The notes under the pieces are model-generated. The model did no database searches. It was not told where the DNA came from and worked only from the letters and a program-made list of their open reading frames with translations. Of a stretch of 61,247 nucleotides of DNA, positions 55,702 through 61,247 are shown in pieces. The stretch covers positions 1 to 61,247 of the forward strand of contig SLMS01000002.1 in assembly GCA_007133495.1 (NCBI GenBank), written 5' to 3'. Every line of letters starts with the position of its first letter. Within the stretch, counting starts at the first letter, position 1. The DNA is from Candidatus Sumerlaeota bacterium. GTDB taxonomy: Bacteria; Sumerlaeota; Sumerlaeia; SLMS01. A program made the position numbers and the translations under genes.

Positions 55702-57489
55702 ATGGTACTGACTGCGCTCGACTACATCATCATCGCCGCCTACATCCTTCTGGTGCTGGCGGTGGGGCTGTATTTCCGCAAGCGCGCGAGCAAGAGTCTG
55801 ACAGATTACTTCATCTCCGGGCGGTCCCTACCCTGGTGGATTCTCGGGACCTCGATGGTCGCCACCACCTTTGCCGCGGACACCCCCCTGGCCGTTACCA
55901 ACCTGACAGCTCAAGGCGGCCTAGCCCAGAACTGGCTTTGGTGGAACATGGCCATCGGCGGCATGATCACCGTGTTCGTTTATGCGCGTCTCTGGCGCCG
56001 GAGCGGTGTCGTGACCGATGTTGAGCTGATCGAGAAGCGTTACAGCGGCAAGCCCGCCTCCCTGCTTCGTGGCTTCCGGGCCATCTACCTGGCCCTTCCC
56101 GTCAACTGCATCATCATCGGCTGGGTGGCCGGCGCGATGCTCACCATCCTCAACAACACTGTCCTCTACGGCACTGGCTACGAAGGGCAGCTCGACTGGT
56201 GGATCATCGTCGGCCTCCTGCTCATTGCCGGTACCTACACGACCCTTTCCGGTCTCTGGGGCGTTGCCACCACCGATGTCCTCCAGTTCTGCATCGCCAT
56301 GGGGGCCTGCATTGTGCTGGCGGTCATCGCGGTTGGTGACGCGGGTGGCATTGTGGCGATGCGCGAGTCCGTGGACGAGGCCATGGGGCCGGGCGGATTC
56401 CGGTTCTTCCCCGACTTCGCCAACGGGGACTTGGCGCAACTTGGCCTGAACCTCTTCCTCATTTATATTTTTGTCCAATGGTGGGCCTCCTGGTATCCGG
56501 GAGCGGAGCCCGGCGGCGGCGGATACGTGGTGCAACGCATGGCCTCCGCAAAGAACGAGAAGCACGCCCTGCTCGGCACACTGTGGTTTCAGGTCGCCCA
56601 TTATTGTGTGCGCCCCTGGCCCTGGCTTCTGGTGGCCTTCGCTGCCATCGCCAAGTATCCCGAACTCATGGACGAGACGAACCGGGGCGTTGGTTTTGCC
56701 TGGATCATGCGGGACCTCCTGCCCCCGGGGCTGATAGGTCTTCTCCTCATCGCCTTCTTTGCCGCCTTCATGTCCACGCTCGCCTCGCAGACGACCTGGG
56801 GGGCTTCCCTCCTTGTGAACGACGTCTATAAGCGCTTCATCAACCCCGAGGCCGAGGGGCGCACGCTCGCTCACGCCGGCCGTGTCGCCACCCTCATCAT
56901 GCTTACGGCGGGCGGCCTCACCGCCTACGCGATGCGTCACGTCGCCGTGGACGAGGCTTGGCGCATACTCCTCGCGCTCGGTGCCGGTACAGGGGCCGTT
57001 TTCATGCTCCGCTGGTTCTGGTGGCGGATCAACGCGTGGTCGGAAATCACCGCCATGGTCTCTGCCGGCGTGTATTATGTCTTCTTTACCATTTACGCCA
57101 ATGTCACCGGCTGGGAACTCGTGGAGGAGTACAAGCTCTTCTTTGTCGCGATGCTGACCACCCTGAGCTGGATCACCGTAACCTTCCTCACGCAACCCGA
57201 GAAGCAGGAGGTGCTGGAGAGCTTCCTCCGGACGGTTCGCCCCGGCGGGGCGGGCTGGAAGGCGGTCGCCGCCAAGGCCGGCATCGAACCCGGTGAATCC
57301 AACCTCGGCCTGTCCCTCAGCTGCGCCGCCCTGGGCATTGCCCTCGTCTATCTCACCCTCCCCGGTGTCGGGTTCCTGATCTTCGGGGAGTGGATCAAGG
57401 CCCTCGCCTGCCTTGGGGGTGCTGCCATCTGCGCCGGGGGAATCGTCGTGTTGCTGAACAGGATCGGCTGGGAGAAGGTCATGCGGTAG
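55702..57489 (+). CDS. sodium:solute symporter (SSS) family transporter
   Basis: About 13-14 TM helices. The N-terminal YFISGRSLPWW motif is typical of SSS. Confidence 0.85.
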   Translation: MVLTALDYIIIAAYILLVLAVGLYFRKRASKSLTDYFISGRSLPWWILGTSMVATTFAADTPLAVTNLTAQGGLAQNWLWWNMAIGGMITVFVYARLWRRSGVVTDVELIEKRYSGKPASLLRGFRAIYLALPVNCIIIGWVAGAMLTILNNTVLYGTGYEGQLDWWIIVGLLLIAGTYTTLSGLWGVATTDVLQFCIAMGACIVLAVIAVGDAGGIVAMRESVDEAMGPGGFRFFPDFANGDLAQLGLNLFLIYIFVQWWASWYPGAEPGGGGYVVQRMASAKNEKHALLGTLWFQVAHYCVRPWPWLLVAFAAIAKYPELMDETNRGVGFAWIMRDLLPPGLIGLLLIAFFAAFMSTLASQTTWGASLLVNDVYKRFINPEAEGRTLAHAGRVATLIMLTAGGLTAYAMRHVAVDEAWRILLALGAGTGAVFMLRWFWWRINAWSEITAMVSAGVYYVFFTIYANVTGWELVEEYKLFFVAMLTTLSWITVTFLTQPEKQEVLESFLRTVRPGGAGWKAVAAKAGIEPGESNLGLSLSCAALGIALVYLTLPGVGFLIFGEWIKALACLGGAAICAGGIVVLLNRIGWEKVMR

Positions 57490-57630
57490 GACGGTATGTG
57501 AATCGGGGGCTTCAGCCGGTTTCCCGTTGTTGGGGCCCCACACGATTCGTCTTGACGTGACGCCGTCTCCGGGCCGACGTGCACTGTTCGTTTACACGAA
57601 CCGGACTCCCGGCACGGGCGGTTTCAGGCC

Positions 57631-60600
57631 ATGGTATCGAACCCCACCTCTTCCGGTCCGGACGGCCCTTCCCCAGCCCGCTCTGAGGAGCACTACCGCC
57701 TGCTCTTCGAGCGCAACCCGCTTCCCACCTGGGTTTACGACGTGGAGACCCTGCGGTTCCTCTCGGTAAACGAGGCCGCCGTGCGTACCTACGGTTACAG
57801 CCGCGAAGAGTTCCTCGCCATGACCATCAAGGACGTGCGGCCGCAGGAGGAAGTCCCCAAACTCCTGAGGTTTCTGGACGCGCTTGCCCGGAACCCCGAT
57901 GAAGCCGGCGACTTAACATGGCTTCACCGCCGCAAGGACGGGTCGCTTCTTTGGGTGGAGCCCACCTCCATCGACATCGACTTCGCCGGCCGCCCGGCCA
58001 GGCTCGTCTGCGCAAAGGAGGTGACCGAGCAGCAAAGGGCACAGCGCGAGTTGCGCGATGCGGCCGCGCTGATGGACCAGGCGCAGTCGGTGGCGCGGAT
58101 CGGTTCGTGGAAGGTAACCTACGAAGGAGGCGAAGCCAGACTCACCTGGTCCGACGGAACCTACGAGCTCTTCGGCGCGGTCCCGGGTGAGTTCGTTCCC
58201 ACTCGCGAGAAACTGCTGGCCCTTGTCCATCCCGAGGACCGGCCCAGGCTTCTGGAAGCCATCGAGGAGCGCTCCCGCCTGGCCGGTCCGGTTGAGGTCG
58301 ATTACCGCGTCCAGCGGCCGGACGGCGAGGTTCGCTGGGTAAGGGAAAAGGGCCGGGTGTTCCCCGGCACCGATGACTCGCCGCCCACTCTGCTCGGTGT
58401 TGTGATGGATATCACCGAGCGTAAGACCGCCGAGGAAGAGCAGCGCCGCCTCACCGAACGGCTTTCCGATACTCTGGAAAGCATTACCGATGCCTTCTTC
58501 ACCGTGGACAGGGAGTGGCGTTTCACTTACGTCAATACTGAGGCGGAAAAGGTCCTCCAGCGCGAGCGGGATTCGCTGCTGGGCCGCAGCGTGTGGGATG
58601 AGTTCCCCGAAGCGCGGGGGAGCACCTTCCATACGGAATACAACAAGGCGCTCACCAGCGGCTCCAGGGCGGCGTTCGTTGAATACTATCCTCCGCTTGA
58701 CACCTGGTTCGACGTGCGCGCCTATCCGTCGGAGCATGGGCTTTCCGTCTATTTTCAGGATGTTACCAAGCGCCGGGAGGCTGAAGCACGCCTTCGCAAG
58801 AGCGAAGCAAGCTTGGCGGAGGCACAACGCCTCGCCCGCATGGGGAGTTGGGAGTACGATCTCCGGGAGGACAGGATATACTGGTCCGATGAGGTTTTCC
58901 GTATGCTCGGTTACGAGCAACGGGTGGAAACCCTGACGCTTGCGGACTTCATGGCACACGTCCCTCCTGAGGACATGGCGGATGCGGAAAGCCTCTACGA
59001 ACAACTGGAGCGCGGGGACATCCCATCCGCCCTGAAAATGCGCCTCGTGCGCAAGGACGGCGGAGTCATCACAGTTCTGGAGCGCATTCAACTCGAACGC
59101 GGCGCGGACGGAACCGTCGTAGGTGCCCGCGGGACTGTTCAGGATATCACCGAGCAGGAGGAGCTTGAACGCGCCCTGCGCGAGAAAGAACTACTCTTCC
59201 GTACTGCCGCCGATTGCGCCACCGACTGTATATACGACTGGTGGGTGGACGAGCCGGAGATGGTCTGGTACGGGCGGATGAATGAACGGTTTGGTGGGGA
59301 CACTTCCGGGATGACGGTCTCCATCGAGCGGATGAATGCCATGATCCACCCCGGGGACCGGGAGCGGGTCCTCGCGCTTGTGGATCATTGCGTCCGCACC
59401 GGTGACCTTTTCGAGATAGACTACCGCGTGATCGACCCGGCCGGCAACGTCAGATACTGGACCGACCGGGGACAGTTCATTATGAGGGACGGCCGGCCGG
59501 TCCGGATGATCGGCACGCAGACGGACGTCACCGAAAAGACCCTGGCGGAGGAGGCGCGCCGACGCAGTGAGGCGCGTTTCCGGAAAATATTCGAGTCCGA
59601 TTTGATTGGGATTCTCTTCGAGCGGCCGGATGGAGCCATCGTTGATTGCAACGAGGTATTTGCCGATCTGATCGGCTATACAGTCGAGGACGTCCGGGAG
59701 GGCCGTGCGAACTGGGAGAAGCTTACACCGCGCGAATTTAGACCCCAGGACGAATGGGCGATCAGGGAACTCGCGGCCGAGGGGCGATGCACTCCCTATG
59801 AGAAAGCATTCATCCGCAAGGACGGCCAACACGTTCCCGTGCTGGTCGGCGCGGCCGCGGTGGAGGATGGTCTCAACGTTTGGTTCGTGCTGGACATCAC
59901 CGACAGGAAGAGGGCAGAGCGTGCGCTTGTCCAGGCCAACCTGGGTCTTGAAGAGAAGGTGGCCGAGCGGACCCGGGAGTTGGAGAGGCTCTACAGGAGG
60001 CAGGCGGCGCTGTCGGAGTTTCAACTGGCGATCGGGGAGCCGGCAGACCTCCAGCCCGTGCTGGAAAGCGCCGCGGCAATAATAGAGAAAACCATGCCGC
60101 GGACGGAGCGCGTTGCCATCGCCCTCTGGGATGCGGAAAAGGGCAGGTACACCACCCTCGCGTCCGCGTCCGATGGCCGGACCGAGGATATACTTACATT
60201 TCTCGAAAAGCTTCCCGGAGACCCATGCACGGCCATTCGCAAGACGCTGCGGCCCGCGGTTGTCCGGGACTTCGGCCGCGAAACGGACATGGGGTACCCG
60301 AACGAGTGGGGAGCCGGGGCCTACCTGGCCGTGCCGATCGTCTGGGGGGATGACTTTCTTGGCGGGCTGATTGCCGTGGACAGCCAGGTCCGCGACTATA
60401 CACAGGGGGACATCGATTTTATGCGGGCGCTCGGCGACCGGACCGCCGTTGCCGTCGCCAGGGCCCGCCTGCTCGAAGACCTGCGCGAAACCAACAATGC
60501 CCTGGCGGCTGAGGTGCAGGAGCGCGCCAAGGCTGAGAAGGCACTGGAAATTGCGCTTGAAAGCGTTGATGCGGCACGCCAGGAGGCCGAGCGTGCCAAC

Positions 60601-61247
60601 CAGGCGAAAAGTGAGTTCCTCTCCCGGATGAGCCACGAGCTGCGCACGCCTCTCAATGCGATCCTTGGCTTTGCGCAGGTTCTCGAAATGACAAGCACGA
60701 ACGAAAGCGAACGCCGCAGCCTCGCCCATATCATGAAGGCCGGCAGGCACCTTCTGGGTTTGATAAACGAGGTGCTCGATATAAGCCGGATTGAATCGGA
60801 TAGTATGTCCGTTTCCGTGGAGCCTGTACGTTGGAGGCCGGTTCTTCAGGAATGCCTCGATCTTCTTAAGCCCCAGACCACCGAGCGCCGAATAACCGTT
60901 GCCGCGGATATTGATGCGGACGTCCCCACGTCCATACAGGCGGATGTGGGCCGCCTTCGCCAGGTGCTGCTCAACATCCTGTCAAACGCAGTAAAATACA
61001 ACAGGGAGGGGGGGCAAATAAGGGTGGCGGCAACCCGCTTCCGGGAAGATTTTCTGCGGGTCTCCATCACAGACACTGGGGAAGGGATTCCGGAGGACAT
61101 GCTGGAACGTATCTTCGTTCCTTTCGAGCGGCTGGGTGCGGAGCGGACGAATGTAGAAGGTTCGGGACTGGGGATGCCGTTGGCCAAACAGCTCGTCGAA
61201 TCGATGGGCGGCTCGATTCTTGTCGAAAGCGCCACCGGGCAGGGGAC
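57631..61247 (+). CDS. multi-PAS / GAF sensor histidine kinase, 3' end outside window (not in supplied ORF track)
   Basis: My own translation from ATG 57631 is stop-free to the window end (1205 codons). It contains about six PAS-like modules (e.g. YRLLFERNPLPTWVYD, ITDAFFTVDREWRFTYVN, RKIFESDLIGILF) and a GAF-like module. The HisKA H-box is FLSRMSHELRTPLNAILGF (about 60610). The HATPase N-box is NILSNAVKYN and the G-box is GSGLGMPLAK. Confidence 0.9.
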   Translation, partial: MVSNPTSSGPDGPSPARSEEHYRLLFERNPLPTWVYDVETLRFLSVNEAAVRTYGYSREEFLAMTIKDVRPQEEVPKLLRFLDALARNPDEAGDLTWLHRRKDGSLLWVEPTSIDIDFAGRPARLVCAKEVTEQQRAQRELRDAAALMDQAQSVARIGSWKVTYEGGEARLTWSDGTYELFGAVPGEFVPTREKLLALVHPEDRPRLLEAIEERSRLAGPVEVDYRVQRPDGEVRWVREKGRVFPGTDDSPPTLLGVVMDITERKTAEEEQRRLTERLSDTLESITDAFFTVDREWRFTYVNTEAEKVLQRERDSLLGRSVWDEFPEARGSTFHTEYNKALTSGSRAAFVEYYPPLDTWFDVRAYPSEHGLSVYFQDVTKRREAEARLRKSEASLAEAQRLARMGSWEYDLREDRIYWSDEVFRMLGYEQRVETLTLADFMAHVPPEDMADAESLYEQLERGDIPSALKMRLVRKDGGVITVLERIQLERGADGTVVGARGTVQDITEQEELERALREKELLFRTAADCATDCIYDWWVDEPEMVWYGRMNERFGGDTSGMTVSIERMNAMIHPGDRERVLALVDHCVRTGDLFEIDYRVIDPAGNVRYWTDRGQFIMRDGRPVRMIGTQTDVTEKTLAEEARRRSEARFRKIFESDLIGILFERPDGAIVDCNEVFADLIGYTVEDVREGRANWEKLTPREFRPQDEWAIRELAAEGRCTPYEKAFIRKDGQHVPVLVGAAAVEDGLNVWFVLDITDRKRAERALVQANLGLEEKVAERTRELERLYRRQAALSEFQLAIGEPADLQPVLESAAAIIEKTMPRTERVAIALWDAEKGRYTTLASASDGRTEDILTFLEKLPGDPCTAIRKTLRPAVVRDFGRETDMGYPNEWGAGAYLAVPIVWGDDFLGGLIAVDSQVRDYTQGDIDFMRALGDRTAVAVARARLLEDLRETNNALAAEVQERAKAEKALEIALESVDAARQEAERANQAKSEFLSRMSHELRTPLNAILGFAQVLEMTSTNESERRSLAHIMKAGRHLLGLINEVLDISRIESDSMSVSVEPVRWRPVLQECLDLLKPQTTERRITVAADIDADVPTSIQADVGRLRQVLLNILSNAVKYNREGGQIRVAATRFREDFLRVSITDTGEGIPEDMLERIFVPFERLGAERTNVEGSGLGMPLAKQLVESMGGSILVESATGQG

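Noticed and set aside
1513-57543. Many other long overlapping ORFs in the track: 1513..3192+, 4173..5462-, 5562..7478-, 9643..10713+, 14979..16367-, 26954..28552-, 29749..30780+, 35018..36268+, 41782..43722+, 44328..45689+, 47131..48414-, 48709..49869-, 51104..52219-, 53192..54658-, 54405..55703-, 55921..57543-.
   Set aside because: Each overlaps a gene with clear family motifs on the other strand or in another frame. Their products are low-complexity and Arg/Gly/Pro/Ala-rich, as expected from out-of-frame GC-rich DNA. None has a signal peptide, catalytic motif or plausible SD that I could see.
57913-61235. Minus-strand ORFs of 392, 519 and 129 aa (57913..59091, 59191..60750, 60846..61235), the only long ORFs the track offers for this region.
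   Set aside because: They lie opposite a continuous plus-strand frame with unmistakable PAS, HisKA and HATPase motifs. The first two are in codon register with it, and their lower ends coincide with rare sense codons such as TTA at 57913. They are shadow ORFs.

Overview
This is a GC-rich chromosomal segment from a diderm bacterium, shown by RND/TolC efflux genes, lipoprotein signals and a T2SS/T4P-type ATPase. The dispersed-repeat style feels PVC-like, but taxonomy cannot be established from this window. Most of it is core genome.

Layout:
1. 0-4 kb: redox genes, namely zwf (5'-truncated by the window edge), a secreted propeller/thioredoxin-fold protein and a peroxiredoxin-like protein.
2. 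4.1-6.6 kb: an orphan GspE/PilB-family ATPase with a 388-aa hydrophobic/zinc-ribbon N-terminal extension.
3. 6.6-11.1 kb: a tightly packed minus-strand operon, rpoZ-like, GT4, polyprenyl-phosphate sugar transferase, SDR, EamA.
4. 11.1-13.6 kb: a repeat-filled 600-nt spacer, then MerR and an aldehyde dehydrogenase.
5. 13.96-26.8 kb: the classical tRNA-Trp-secE-nusG-rplK-rplA-rplJ-rplL-rpoB-rpoC block.
6. 26.9-31.9 kb: envelope-type genes (HEAT/T2SSE_N protein without an ATPase domain, polysaccharide deacetylase lipoprotein, DUF4190 protein, Amidase_2, secreted hypothetical).
7. 31.9-46.2 kb, minus strand: ECF sigma, anti-sigma and secreted thioredoxin, then a seven-gene Cu/Ag-type efflux operon. 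The operon order is Cys-rich small protein, TolC-like, CusB-like, long CusA-like, secreted triple-YHS protein, YHS/His-rich/DUF2231 membrane protein, CopA.
8. 46.3-54.5 kb: an EEP-family hydrolase and two tandem paralogous ~1,130-aa secreted proteins with a conserved HExxH core.
9. 54.6-57.5 kb: a URO-D-family enzyme and an SSS transporter.
10. 57.6 kb to the end: a histidine kinase of more than 1,200 aa (multiple PAS, GAF) that is absent from the supplied ORF track because it runs off the window. The track shows only its antisense shadow ORFs.

I saw no CRISPR array, transposase, integrase, phage, toxin-antitoxin or recognisable defence genes. I do not see an unambiguous novel multi-gene system. 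The best candidates for follow-up are the tandem secreted paralogues, the unusually decorated metal-efflux operon with its uncharacterised accessory genes, and the two atypical GspE-related proteins. All domain calls come from reading the translations by eye; no searches were run.
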